Part shown: in pieces, positions 52,347 to 61,564 of the stretch | Layout: each line of letters starts with the position of its first letter | Position numbering within the stretch: position 1 is the stretch's first letter | DNA from: Dehalococcoidia bacterium | Lineage (GTDB): Bacteria; Chloroflexota; Dehalococcoidia; Lucifugimonadales; UBA2985 | NCBI GenBank assembly: GCA_965204895.1 | Contig: OZ242025.1 | Coordinates: 833,621-897,620 of the forward strand | Direction: 5' to 3' | Length of the DNA stretch: 64,000 bases | Program-made: the position numbers and the translations under genes | The notes under the pieces: generated by a model | Seen by the model: the letters and a program-made list of their open reading frames with translations, nothing else | Told to the model about the DNA's origin: nothing | Database searches by the model: none

Positions 52347-53060
52347 GTGAGCCTTTCGGATGTTAAGGCCCTCACCTTTGACGTGTTTGGCACGGTGGTT
52401 GACTGGCGCAGCAGCGTCATCCGGGAGGGCGAAGAGCTTGGACGCGCCAAGGGCATTGACCTGGACTGGGCGGAGTTCGCTGACGGGTGGCGAGGCGGCT
52501 ACGCCCCTGCAATGGCCCGCGTGAGAAGCGGGGAGCTGCCCTGGACTAAGATAGACGTGCTGCACCGAATGATCCTGGACGGCCTGCTGGAGGAGTTCGG
52601 CATAACCGGCCTCAGCGAGGAGGAGAAGGCCCACTTAAACCTGGCGTGGCACAGGCTCGCGCCCTGGCCGGACTCCGTGCCCGGGCTGACCCGGCTGCGG
52701 AGGCGGTTCATCGTGGCTACCCTGTCCAACGGCAACGTGGCCCTGCTCACCAACATGGCAAAGCACGCCGGGCTGCCCTGGGACTGCATTCTATCGGCTG
52801 AGCTCGTGAGACACTACAAGCCGGACCCGGAGGCCTATCTGGGCGCCGCCGATCTCCTCGGCCTCAGGCCGGAGGAGGTGATGATGGTGGCGGCCCACAA
52901 GGGCGATCTGCGGTCGGCGCAGGCGGTGGGCCTCAGGGCCGCCTTCGTCGCCAGGCCCCTGGAGTTCGGCCCCGACCACGACGTGGACGTGACGCCTGAA
53001 GCCGATTTCGACGTCAACGCCGTGGACATAGAGGACCTGGCGAGCAAGCTGGGGTGCTAG
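52347..53060 (+). CDS. Haloacid dehalogenase type II (HAD superfamily)
   Basis: LTFDVFGTVVDW (nucleophile Asp motif), ATLSNGN, YKPDPEAY and MVAAHKGDL. Confidence 0.8.
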   Translation: MSLSDVKALTFDVFGTVVDWRSSVIREGEELGRAKGIDLDWAEFADGWRGGYAPAMARVRSGELPWTKIDVLHRMILDGLLEEFGITGLSEEEKAHLNLAWHRLAPWPDSVPGLTRLRRRFIVATLSNGNVALLTNMAKHAGLPWDCILSAELVRHYKPDPEAYLGAADLLGLRPEEVMMVAAHKGDLRSAQAVGLRAAFVARPLEFGPDHDVDVTPEADFDVNAVDIEDLASKLGC

Positions 53061-53108
53061 TGTGGTCGCATAGAGCAGGCGGCTTGCTTGTACAGGCTGA
53101 GAAGGAAG

Positions 53109-53137
53109 TTGACAGCCATTGGTACTCGCGGTATTAT
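53109..53137 (+). promoter_or_regulatory. Near-consensus sigma70-type promoter
   Basis: TTGACA (53109-53114), a 17-nt spacer, then TATTAT (53132-53137), 83 nt upstream of the NYN gene start. Confidence 0.55.
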
Positions 53138-53172
53138 CTGATTACCACCCCTATCGCTTCGCCGGTAGGGTC

Positions 53173-53196
53173 GAGACCGCCCTATAGGGCGGTCTC
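53173..53196 (+). promoter_or_regulatory. Perfect 10-bp GC-rich hairpin in the NYN gene leader (attenuator/terminator-like)
   Basis: gagaccgccc-tata-gggcggtctc followed by tgtctttg. It lies between the promoter and the TTG start at 53220. Confidence 0.45.
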
Positions 53197-53219
53197 TGTC
53201 TTTGCAGTGAGAGCATGGC

Positions 53220-53849
53220 TTGATCACTAACTTCTACATAGACGGCTTCAATCTATACTACCGCGCTCTCAAGGACACTCCGTTGAGATGGCTGGACTTG
53301 CGAAAGCTGGCTGAGAACCTACTTCCACGGGACACCATAAACAGGATATGCTACTTCACCGCCATGCTCGATGCTCGCCCAAGCAACCCAGGGCAACCCC
53401 GGCGGCAGTTGGTATATCTGAGAGCGTTGGCTACACTGCCAGGACTCGACGTTTACTATGGCAGCTTCCGGTCCGGCGTCAAGCGTCGTCCACTGGCTGA
53501 ACCTGTGCCGGGTCTTCCCGCTCAAGTCCTGATAAAGGACTCGGAAGAGAAGGGGTCCGACGTGAACCTGGCTACGCGGCTTCTGGTGGATGGCTTCAAC
53601 GGCGAATACCAGCAGGCCGTCGTTGTGTCCAACGATGCGGACTTCGCCGGTGCAATGAGGTACGTGCGTGACGTCTTGGGCCTGCGCGTCACTCTCGTCA
53701 ATCCTGACCACCGGAACGCGAGCCCTAGAGACCTCTCTACGTCTGCGACCTATGTAAAGCGCCTCTGGAGAAGCCATCTGAGGTCGAGCCAGTTTCCGGA
53801 CACGTTGACAGACTCAGTTGGCGCCATCACCAAACCTGTCGGATGGTAA
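53220..53849 (+). CDS. NYN-domain (PIN-like, LabA/DUF88-related) putative ribonuclease
   Basis: FYIDGFNLYY, EEKGSDVNLATRLLVDG and AVVVSNDADFAGAMRYV, the conserved acidic residues of NYN domains. TTG start. Confidence 0.7.
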   Translation: MITNFYIDGFNLYYRALKDTPLRWLDLRKLAENLLPRDTINRICYFTAMLDARPSNPGQPRRQLVYLRALATLPGLDVYYGSFRSGVKRRPLAEPVPGLPAQVLIKDSEEKGSDVNLATRLLVDGFNGEYQQAVVVSNDADFAGAMRYVRDVLGLRVTLVNPDHRNASPRDLSTSATYVKRLWRSHLRSSQFPDTLTDSVGAITKPVGW

Positions 53850-53908
53850 CCTCATACGTTTCAGCCCGAGTCCCACCACCTACAAGCTTGCACTTCCTAC
53901 CGTAGCTT

Positions 53909-54712
53909 CTAGCTCCTCGTGGCGCGGCCCTTCAGAGCCGCAAACGCAAGGCCCATGCTCACCACCCCCACCAGCAGAACCGCTCCAATGCCTCGCAGCA
54001 ACACCTCCGGCTCCCAGCCGACGGTTATGAGCGACCTCAGCGCCTCAAGCAGATACGTGACCGGGTTGTAGTCTGCCACGGTTGCCAGCCAGTCGGTCAT
54101 CGCTTCTTGGGGCAGGAAGAGGGTTGTCATAAAAAGGAAGGGAAAGAACAGCAGGAAGGTCAGGTTGACGGCTGCGATGTTCCCGGTTTTCAGGGCGATT
54201 GCGTAGGGAAACCCGGCGAATATGAGGCCCCAAAGACCGCCCATGAGCATGAACGTGACAATGCCAAGAATGCCCGACTCGAAGCGTATGCCCACCGCGT
54301 AGCCCATTACGATGACGGGTATCGTCAGGCCCACCACCAGAACGAAGTCGGCCAGCATCAGGCCTATGAGCAGCGCCAGGCGGTTCACGGGCGAGATCAC
54401 CAGCCGGTCGAAGTAGCCGCTCTGTATGTCTATCACTACCGTCGTCGCGCGAGAAACCCCGGTCACGGCGAACAGGACCGCGACGGGAAGCTGGAACGCC
54501 TTGTAGTCCAGGCCGGGTATCTGTTCGGCGAAGTCGGCAAGGGCCCCTATGTTCAGAAAGAAGAAGAAGGGAGGTATGACCAGCGCGGAGATGGTGATCT
54601 CCGGGTCCCTGGCCACCGAGCGGGTGGCGCGCTCCGCTACGGAGATAATGTCCCGCAGGAAACCGGCTCTCCGGGCCCTTACTGAAGCGACGGTGGGCGC
54701 TATAGATGTCAA
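53909..54712 (-). CDS. ABC-2 type exporter permease
   Basis: 267 aa with six TM segments, immediately downstream of a DrrA-like ATPase. Confidence 0.75.
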   Translation of the reverse strand: MTSIAPTVASVRARRAGFLRDIISVAERATRSVARDPEITISALVIPPFFFFLNIGALADFAEQIPGLDYKAFQLPVAVLFAVTGVSRATTVVIDIQSGYFDRLVISPVNRLALLIGLMLADFVLVVGLTIPVIVMGYAVGIRFESGILGIVTFMLMGGLWGLIFAGFPYAIALKTGNIAAVNLTFLLFFPFLFMTTLFLPQEAMTDWLATVADYNPVTYLLEALRSLITVGWEPEVLLRGIGAVLLVGVVSMGLAFAALKGRATRS

Positions 54713-54787
54713 CTCTAACTCCTCTTTTTGATGTTGTGGCGGCGGGCCCTGCCCCGTATTCAGGGGCGGCTCAGGGAGGGCGATCCT

Positions 54788-55792
54788 TCAGGCTGTGGCT
54801 GCGCCGTCCTCTTCCGGCTGCTGCCGGTCGCCGGCGTCGTCCTGCAGCCTCTCGCCGGTCACCTGGAGAAACACGTCGTCCAGGGTGGGAGTGCGCAGGG
54901 TCAGCTCCTGGACGCCGATGCCGCTGTGGTCAAGCGCGAGGGCAACGGCGCTTATCACCGCTGAGCCGTTGGCGACGCTTGCCGTAAGCTCGTTGCCGTG
55001 CACCTCCACGCTGTTGACGCGGCCGGTGCCCTTGAGCGCCTCGACAGCCTCATCCACGTCGCCGTCTATCCTGGCGATGATCAGGTCCGACCCGCGGGCC
55101 CGCTTCAGCTCCCCCGGCGTGCCCTGAGCGGCCAGCTTCCCGCGATTGATGATGCCGACCCGGTGCGCCAGGGTGTCCGCCTCCTCAAGATACTGGGTTG
55201 TCAGGAAGATGGTGACGCCCAGCTTGGCGTTGACGTCCCGCACCTCCTGCCAGACGCGGGAGCGGCTGACCGGGTCAAGGCCAGTGGTCGGCTCATCCAG
55301 GAATAGCACCTCCGGGTTGTGTATCAGGGCGGCGGCCAGGTCCAGGCGGCGTTTCATACCGCCGGAGTAGGTTCCTATCAGCCTGTCCATAGCCTCCCCG
55401 ATGTCCACCAGGTCTGAGAGGTCGGCTATGCGCTGCTTTACCTGCCTGCCGGACAACCCGTAGAGCTGGCCCTGGAGCCGCAGGAGCTCGCGGCCGGTCT
55501 GCTTGGCGTCGAGGGCGGCGTCCTGGAGGGCCGCTCCAATGCGCAGGCGCACCTCGTTGGCCTGGCGCACGGCGTCGTAGCCGGCCACCGTTATACGGCC
55601 TTCCGTAGGGGCCAGCAGGGTGATGAGCATCCTGATGACGGTGGTCTTCCCCGCGCCGTTGGGCCCCAGGAAGCCGAATATCTCACCCTTCTGCACGGTC
55701 AGGTCTACGCCGTCGACGGCCGTCACCTCGCCAAAGCGGCGCACAAGGCCTTCGACGACGATGGCGTGTGTGTTATTAGAAGCGATGGTCAT
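54788..55792 (-). CDS. ABC transporter ATP-binding protein (DrrA/daunorubicin-resistance type)
   Basis: Walker A GPNGAGKTT, signature YSGGMKRRL, Walker B LFLDEPTTGLD, and the C-terminal DrrA-type domain. Confidence 0.88.
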   Translation of the reverse strand: MTIASNNTHAIVVEGLVRRFGEVTAVDGVDLTVQKGEIFGFLGPNGAGKTTVIRMLITLLAPTEGRITVAGYDAVRQANEVRLRIGAALQDAALDAKQTGRELLRLQGQLYGLSGRQVKQRIADLSDLVDIGEAMDRLIGTYSGGMKRRLDLAAALIHNPEVLFLDEPTTGLDPVSRSRVWQEVRDVNAKLGVTIFLTTQYLEEADTLAHRVGIINRGKLAAQGTPGELKRARGSDLIIARIDGDVDEAVEALKGTGRVNSVEVHGNELTASVANGSAVISAVALALDHSGIGVQELTLRTPTLDDVFLQVTGERLQDDAGDRQQPEEDGAATA

Positions 55793-55829
55793 AGCTATGA
55801 AGGAGACGCTTTAAGGGTTGTGGCCTCTT

Positions 55830-55892
55830 TCCCGCTCATAGCCTGCCCCGTACTTGATACGGGGTGAGCCTGTCGAACCATATTGAGCGGGA
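55830..55892. repeat. Composite REP-like element: class C arms enclosing a class B hairpin
   Basis: tcccgctca (55830-55838) pairs with tgagcggga (55884-55892). The inner hairpin ccccgtacttgatacgggg is at 55846-55864. Confidence 0.7.
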
Positions 55893-55910
55893 AGACTGCG
55901 AGCGAGCTTC

Positions 55911-55948
55911 TCCCGCTCATCCTGAGCTTGTCGAAGGAAATGAGCGGG
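55911..55948. repeat. REP-like element, class C (tcccgctcat ... atgagcggg)
   Basis: 10-bp arms around cctgagcttgtcgaaggaa. Confidence 0.65.
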
Positions 55949-55979
55949 CCGGTCGCTACTTGAGGCCATCAGTCAACCT

Positions 55980-57065
55980 CTAGTTGAACATCAGGACGGA
56001 GCGGGCAACCTCCCCGGCCTTCATCGCGCGGAAGGCCTCGTTCACGTCCTCCAGGCGGCCCCGGCGGGTGATCATCTCGTCCAGCAGCAGGCGGCCCTGT
56101 CTATAGAAGTCAATGAGCCGGGGCATGTCCGTGCGGAACCGGTTGGAGCCCATGCCGCTGCCCTGTATCTTCCGCTCGCTGAGGAACATCCGCCCCTCAA
56201 TCTCCACCTTGTGCCCCTGGGGGATGATGCCTATGACTGTCGCCGTGCCCCCGGGCGTCAGGCAGTAGAAGCACTGCTCGGCGGCGGTCTTTGAGCCAAT
56301 GGCCTCAAAGGAGTAGTCCGCTCCGCCGCCGGTGAGGTTCTGGATGGCCTCCACGGGGTCCTGGGACGATGCGTCCACCACGTGGGTTGCGCCCATGTCC
56401 AGGGCATACTTGAGCTTGGGTTCCACGACGTCGACGGCGATGATCTGCCGCGCTCCGGCTATACGCGCGCCCTGCACGGCTGAGAGGCCGACGCCCCCCA
56501 GGCCGAACACGGCGACGGTGCATCCGGGCTCAATCTTGGCGGTGTTGATGACCGCCCCCACGCCGGTGATGACGCCGCAGCCGATGAGGGCGGCGCAGTC
56601 AAGCGGCATGTCGTCGTCGATCTTGACCAGGGCGTTCTCGTGGACCAGCATTCGCTCAGCAAAGCTGGAGAGGTTGAAGACCTGGTTGACTGTGTCGCCG
56701 CTTGCAGCAAAGCTGAGGCGCGGCGGGTCCGACTCTGCGCGTCGTGGTCGCTGGGAGCAACGGTTGGGGTGGCCGGTGAGGCACTGGTGGCACGTCCCGC
56801 AGAAGACGGACAGGCATGAGATGACGTGGTCGCCGGGCTTGAGGTAGGTGACCTGGTCGCCAACGGCCTCAACAACGCCGGCTGCCTCGTGGCCCAGGAT
56901 GGCCGGAGGCGTGGTGTTGGATATTCCGTCCAGGTAGTGGAGGTCGCTGTGGCACACGCCGCTGGCGGCCGTGCGGACAACCACCTCCCTGGGCATGGGG
57001 CTGTCGAAGTTGACCTCTTCAATGGTCAGAGGAGTGTGCGCCGCGTGAAAAACTGCTGCCTTCAT
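55980..57065 (-). CDS. Zinc-dependent alcohol dehydrogenase family oxidoreductase
   Basis: MKAAVFHAAHTPLTIEEV, GVCHSDLH, GHEAAGVVEAVG, structural-Zn Cys cluster CGTCHQCLTGHPNRC, and NAD motif VFGLGGVGL. Only the last 361 codons of the 829-aa ORF 55980..58469 are coding. Confidence 0.88.
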   Translation of the reverse strand: MKAAVFHAAHTPLTIEEVNFDSPMPREVVVRTAASGVCHSDLHYLDGISNTTPPAILGHEAAGVVEAVGDQVTYLKPGDHVISCLSVFCGTCHQCLTGHPNRCSQRPRRAESDPPRLSFAASGDTVNQVFNLSSFAERMLVHENALVKIDDDMPLDCAALIGCGVITGVGAVINTAKIEPGCTVAVFGLGGVGLSAVQGARIAGARQIIAVDVVEPKLKYALDMGATHVVDASSQDPVEAIQNLTGGGADYSFEAIGSKTAAEQCFYCLTPGGTATVIGIIPQGHKVEIEGRMFLSERKIQGSGMGSNRFRTDMPRLIDFYRQGRLLLDEMITRRGRLEDVNEAFRAMKAGEVARSVLMFN

Positions 57066-57133
57066 TGCACTCCTTCCATAGGGGGAAAGTTTCAGGACAT
57101 TATAGCACGGCGCAAGCGGGATTCCATCAGCTA

Positions 57134-58453
57134 CTAGGCTGTCCCGGCGGCAAGCTGTTGCCCTTCGGCCCCAACCTTCTCGGGCGGCTTTGGGGGCACG
57201 GCCGCGAGCATCAGGAGGCCGCAGAGTATCCAGGCAGACCCGAAGATGAGGAATGACAGGTCGTAGTTGCCGTAGCGGTCCCACATGTAACCTCCAAGCA
57301 AAGGACTGGCGGCGCCCATCATGTTGCCCACCGGCGTCACGAAGCCCCGGATAGAGCCCTGGTTCTGCCGCCCGAAGTAGGAGGCCCAGGCCACGTTGGC
57401 AATGGTGGGCCATCCGCCCATTGTGAGGCCGTGGAACACGGCGTAGACGTACAGCATTGTCATATTCTCGGCCACTACCAGAGCGAACAGCGACACTCCC
57501 GCCGGTATGACGCACATTGGAATCACCCATCGCACGTGGATGCGCTCCGCCACGAACCCCCACAACGGCTTGGCAACTATGGCGAAGAAGGCTACGGTCG
57601 TTGCCACGGCCGTGGCTGTTGCCAGGTTGAAGTCCTTGTCCTGGACGTAGGCCACCTGGTGGAAGATGACGGGCATGAGGCCCATGCTGCCCAGGGACTG
57701 CACGCCCATCATTATCCAGAGGGCTCTGGTCCTGAACGCCTCTCGGACGGTCCAGGGATACTCGTCGACGGCTGCTCCGCGGCCCGCTCTGCCCCCGGCT
57801 CCCTCGGGCGCGTCGCCGTCCGGCAGAAGGCCGATGTCCTCCGGCTGTCGTCGCATGAACAGCGCCGCCATAGGCGTTATGGCCACCATCATGAATATGC
57901 CAAGAAACACCCAAGCCGTGCGCCACCCGAATTCGCCCACAAACCACCCGGCCATTGGCGCGATGATGAAGCCGCCGGTGGATATGCCCATAGTGCCGAT
58001 GGCCATGGCCCGGCCGCGCTTCCTGATGAACCACTTGGAAATGACGGCCGGCCCCACCAGCTGGCCGCCCATGGCGAACATGGCCAGCCCGAAAATGACG
58101 CCGTACAGCAGATAGAAGTGCCACAGATCCTGCACCAGGGAGGTGGATATGAGCACCACGCCCGAGATTATGCTGCCTACGGTCACCAGCAGCCGGGGGC
58201 CGTGCTTTCTGTCCACCAGCACCCCCAGGAAGGGGAGCAGGGGGAGGAGCGCGAGGCGGAACACCGCAATGGCCGAGAACTCCGTCCGGGAGATGCCCAG
58301 GTCCTCGCTCATTGGGACAATGAAGAAGGACAGGCCGTAGCCGCTTATGCCCGCGGTGGTCATAGCAGTGGTGAAGGTTATGAGGACAATCAGCCAGCCG
58401 TAGAAGAACGGCCTGCCTATGACTTTGCTTGCTACCCAGTCGGCGCTTGCCAT
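57134..58453 (-). CDS. MFS transporter
   Basis: 439 aa with about 12 TM segments and the MFS loop motif GVLVDRKHGPR. Confidence 0.8.
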   Translation of the reverse strand: MASADWVASKVIGRPFFYGWLIVLITFTTAMTTAGISGYGLSFFIVPMSEDLGISRTEFSAIAVFRLALLPLLPFLGVLVDRKHGPRLLVTVGSIISGVVLISTSLVQDLWHFYLLYGVIFGLAMFAMGGQLVGPAVISKWFIRKRGRAMAIGTMGISTGGFIIAPMAGWFVGEFGWRTAWVFLGIFMMVAITPMAALFMRRQPEDIGLLPDGDAPEGAGGRAGRGAAVDEYPWTVREAFRTRALWIMMGVQSLGSMGLMPVIFHQVAYVQDKDFNLATATAVATTVAFFAIVAKPLWGFVAERIHVRWVIPMCVIPAGVSLFALVVAENMTMLYVYAVFHGLTMGGWPTIANVAWASYFGRQNQGSIRGFVTPVGNMMGAASPLLGGYMWDRYGNYDLSFLIFGSAWILCGLLMLAAVPPKPPEKVGAEGQQLAAGTA

Positions 58454-58765
58454 TGGACCTCGCAGTCAAATTGCATGAGCCAATGATACGCCAAGAGGAT
58501 AGGGCGGGAAAGGGGGCAGAACTGGTGCATTGGGAAGACAGGCCTTCGAAGCCGAGCTAGAATTGCGAGAGCAAATCTGAATCCCTTCTTGCTATTTCCC
58601 CATTCCTTCTCTGACTACGCCTTGCTACGGTGTTGGCCCGGCATGCTGGAAGAGTTTTCGCCCGGAAGCATGATATTATTTGTTTTCATCGGTATCCAGT
58701 TTGGATTTACTAGGTTGCCGTTAGGTTCGGGGACTTAGGCGAAATCCAGCATGGGGAGGTAAATT

Positions 58766-59491
58766 TTGCTCCTTGTTCCATTTGGTCTCAATCAGCGAGA
58801 CGGGAAGCTGTACACTGTTGACGAAGTTGAAGGGGGTTTGAATTGCGGTTGCGTTTGTCCTGCCCCGCAATGTGAACGACCTTTAGTAGCACGACAAAAT
58901 GTTTCGAGGACTATTCCTCACTTTGCTCATTACGGTGAGCCAGACGGTAGTACTGTGGGATGTGGAGCCGTCGAGTCAGGATTGCACAGATACGCCAAGC
59001 AGTTCCTGTGTCACAATGACCAAAGAGGAAAGGTATTCCCGATGGAGCATAGAGAAAGTCCCAAGTTATACAATGGCTACGAGGGGGCAATTAAGATAGA
59101 CCGAGCGATTCCGGAACACCCGATTCCAAGAACTACGCGCCGATGTGATGTGCTGATAGAAGGGCGCGTGCGGAAGATGCATTCTCCTAGTGATGGCAAG
59201 AAGAAAAGGGGCGAGTGGAAGGACAGGGCTAAGGTGGCGGTTGAAATATATTGCACGAATCCGAAGACGCGAGGCTATATTGATGAAGTTACCATTGCTG
59301 GCTCAATTTCAGTTATTGAGTTGACATTACGCCCTCAAGACGTACAGAAGTATATGGAAGACAGATACGCAAAGGGTGAGAGAACAACTTGGAAGAAAGC
59401 TATACACAACCTCATTTTGGGAACGCGCAACGACAACCGGAAGTGGCTATACCGGCGTGGATTAGGAGCGGGGATTAGCCGGTCTCCTTAG
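58766..59491 (+). CDS. CoiA-like competence/nuclease-family protein (tentative)
   Basis: The N-terminal pattern CGCVCPAPQCERPLVARQNVSRTIPHFAHY resembles the CoiA Zn-ribbon plus HFAH motif. Lower-GC region, TTG start. Confidence 0.4.
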   Translation: MLLVPFGLNQRDGKLYTVDEVEGGLNCGCVCPAPQCERPLVARQNVSRTIPHFAHYGEPDGSTVGCGAVESGLHRYAKQFLCHNDQRGKVFPMEHRESPKLYNGYEGAIKIDRAIPEHPIPRTTRRCDVLIEGRVRKMHSPSDGKKKRGEWKDRAKVAVEIYCTNPKTRGYIDEVTIAGSISVIELTLRPQDVQKYMEDRYAKGERTTWKKAIHNLILGTRNDNRKWLYRRGLGAGISRSP

Positions 59492-59521
59492 AAGGACAGC
59501 CAGCTACCAGAGAGAGGGAAA

Positions 59522-60181
59522 TTGGTGGCAACACAGGGCCTTTGGCAGACCGGACAGCAGATCCTTCAGCAGGACTTGTGGCTGGGCAAGCTGATAACCG
59601 CTCGGCCTGTGACCGTGGTTGAAGACAGCCCGGCGCGCCTTGCCCTCTACACCCACCCGGGAGCGCCGTACTACTCCGCCACGACCATCTCCAGGAACCG
59701 CCATTCTCTGACCTTGTCGGAGCGGGTGGACATACTGATGTCTGATGACATTCCTCCCCTTGAACCAAGAGTGTCAGGCAGCCGCCACGTGCTGACCCTT
59801 ACGACGCCCGGCGCGGCGCATTCTGTGTGGCTCTTCTGGTCGTCGGAGTGGGAGTTTCTGTTCTGGTACGTCAACCTTCAGGCACCCATCAGAAGAACGC
59901 CCCGCGGGATTCTCGTTCAGGACCAGGTACTGGACATCGTTGCAGGCCCGGACCTGGCCTGGAACTGGAAGGACGAGGACGACTTTGAGGCGCTTGTGGA
60001 GCGCGGGTTCTTCACCCGTGAGCAGGCGGCGTCGATAAGGGCGGAGGGCGAGAGGATGGCAGCCGCGATAGAGCGCAACGATTCGCCCTTCTGCGAGGGG
60101 TGGAAGAGGTGGAGGCCCGACGCCGGTTGGCTTGTGCCGGAGGTTCCCGAGGACTGGGCTGTGGTATCCCAGGTGGTGTGA
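59522..60181 (+). CDS. DUF402 domain protein (FomD-like nucleoside diphosphatase family)
   Basis: The core FWYVNLQAPIRRTPRGILVQDQVLDIVAGPDLAWNWKDEDDFEALVERGFFT matches the DUF402 pattern. Confidence 0.65.
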   Translation: MVATQGLWQTGQQILQQDLWLGKLITARPVTVVEDSPARLALYTHPGAPYYSATTISRNRHSLTLSERVDILMSDDIPPLEPRVSGSRHVLTLTTPGAAHSVWLFWSSEWEFLFWYVNLQAPIRRTPRGILVQDQVLDIVAGPDLAWNWKDEDDFEALVERGFFTREQAASIRAEGERMAAAIERNDSPFCEGWKRWRPDAGWLVPEVPEDWAVVSQVV

Positions 60182-60196
60182 CTCAACAGTCGCGGG

Positions 60197-61549
60197 TCAG
60201 TTGCGCAGCTGGGCCAGGATTGAGGAAACGGAGGTCCTGTGGCTAGTGCTGCCCACGAACTTCCACTTGATGATCCCCTCCGCGTCGATAACGAAAGTGG
60301 ACGGAGTGGCGCGTCCTCCGTCGCTGGGGTTGTGTACCTCGTATAACCTGGTCACTTCCGCTGAGGGGTCGTAGAGCACCGGGAAGGGGATACCCACCTG
60401 CCGCGCAATGTCCTCAGCACCGCTCAGGTTGTCCACGCTTATGGCTACCACCTCAGCGTTCAGAGCCTGTATGTCGTTGTATCTACTTGTCAGCTCTACG
60501 AGCTGAGCGCGGCAGTAAGTTCACCAGAATGCCCGGTAGAAGACCACCACCACCATCTTGTCGCCACGGTAAGACTCCAGGGAAACGTCCGACTCTGAGA
60601 TGGACGGCAGCGTGAAGAGTGGAGCCAGATTGCCTACGTCAGTACCTACCGGTATTGGGACTTCCGTGGGCACAGGTGTTGCCGTAGGCGCGGGCGTCGC
60701 GGTCGGCTGTGGAGTGACCGTTGGCACTGGAGTAGCAGTTGGCAGGATAGTTGCTGTCGGCACAGGAGTAGCGGTGGGCTCCGGGAGCGCCGTGGGCCAA
60801 GAGGTAGCGGTCGGCTCTACGGTCGTCAAGCTGGACAGATGCTCCTTGATGGTGGAAAGGGCGGGCCGATCGCCCGCGGACGTGCCTACGTACTTCCACC
60901 TGATAACGCCCTCCGCGTCGATGATGAACATTGACGGGGTTGCAAGGCCGTCGTCCAGGAGGTCGTAGACTGTGTACGACCGGGTCACCTCTGTTGAGGC
61001 GTCGTACAGGACGGGGAAGGTGACCCGCCACTCGCCCACGACGGTGAGGGCGTCCTGGAGGTCGTTCACGCTTACGGCCAGGATTTCGGCGTTGAGCGCC
61101 TTGATGTCCTCGTGGGCCTCTGTCAGCTCAACGAGCTGATCATGGCAGAACCCTCAGAAGGAGCCTCTGTAGTAGACCAGCACCACGCTCTTGTCGCCCC
61201 GGTAGGACTCCAGGGACACGTCCGTCCCGGAGGCGGAGGGCAGGGTGAAGCCGGGGGCCATGTCCCCGACCTCCGCGCTGGGCGGCGCTTCCGGCTCAGG
61301 GGTTGGGGTGGGAGGCTGGGTGGCGGTAGGCGCGGGCGTCTCCCGGGGCTCCGGCGTGGGTGTTGGGGCCGCCGTTGGCTGGGGCACAGCCGTTGCGGTG
61401 GGCGCCGGTGTGGGGCTTGGGGCCGTGGTCGCGGTCGGCTCCTCGGAGCCGCACGCCACCGCCGTCGCTATCGAGATGATGCCTATGGCGAGCCAAAGAA
61501 CTGCTTTGCGCATACGTCTATGATACCCTATAGCGTCCGTCCGCCTCAA
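60197..61549 (-). CDS. Tandem two-domain AhpC/TSA (Prx-like/redoxin) lipoprotein, predicted selenoprotein with two Sec codons (U-G-F-C and U-T-Y-C)
   Basis: ORFs 61154..61549, 60521..61069 and 60197..60451 are one frame. Read-through gives VVLVYYRGSF-U-GFCHDQLVELT and VVVVFYRAFW-U-TYCRAQLVELT. Lipobox TAVACG, with PT linkers before each domain. The probable start is ATG 61513. Confidence 0.75.
60490..60523 (-). promoter_or_regulatory. In-frame UGA (60521-60523) plus candidate SECIS hairpin, second redoxin domain
   Basis: On the minus strand: UGA, a 14-nt spacer, then tcagctc-gta-gagctga (60506..60490). The loop G at 60499 is 22 nt after the A of the UGA. Confidence 0.65.
61123..61156 (-). 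promoter_or_regulatory. In-frame UGA (61154-61156) plus candidate SECIS hairpin, first redoxin domain
   Basis: On the minus strand: UGA, a 14-nt spacer, then tcagctc-gtt-gagctga (61139..61123). The loop G at 61132 is 22 nt after the A of the UGA. Confidence 0.65.
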
Positions 61550-61556
61550 CGTCCGT

Positions 61557-61564
61557 CGACTATT
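61557..61564. repeat. 8-bp target-site duplication (cgactatt), left
   Basis: Identical octamer directly outside both IS ends (61557-61564 and 62857-62864). Confidence 0.85.

Noticed and set aside
57066-58469. The upstream 468 codons of the 829-aa ORF 55980..58469.
   Set aside because: Only the last 361 codons, from MKAAVFHAAHT, form a complete Zn-ADH. The N-terminal extension is antisense to the well-formed MFS transporter (57134..58453) and is compositionally aberrant.
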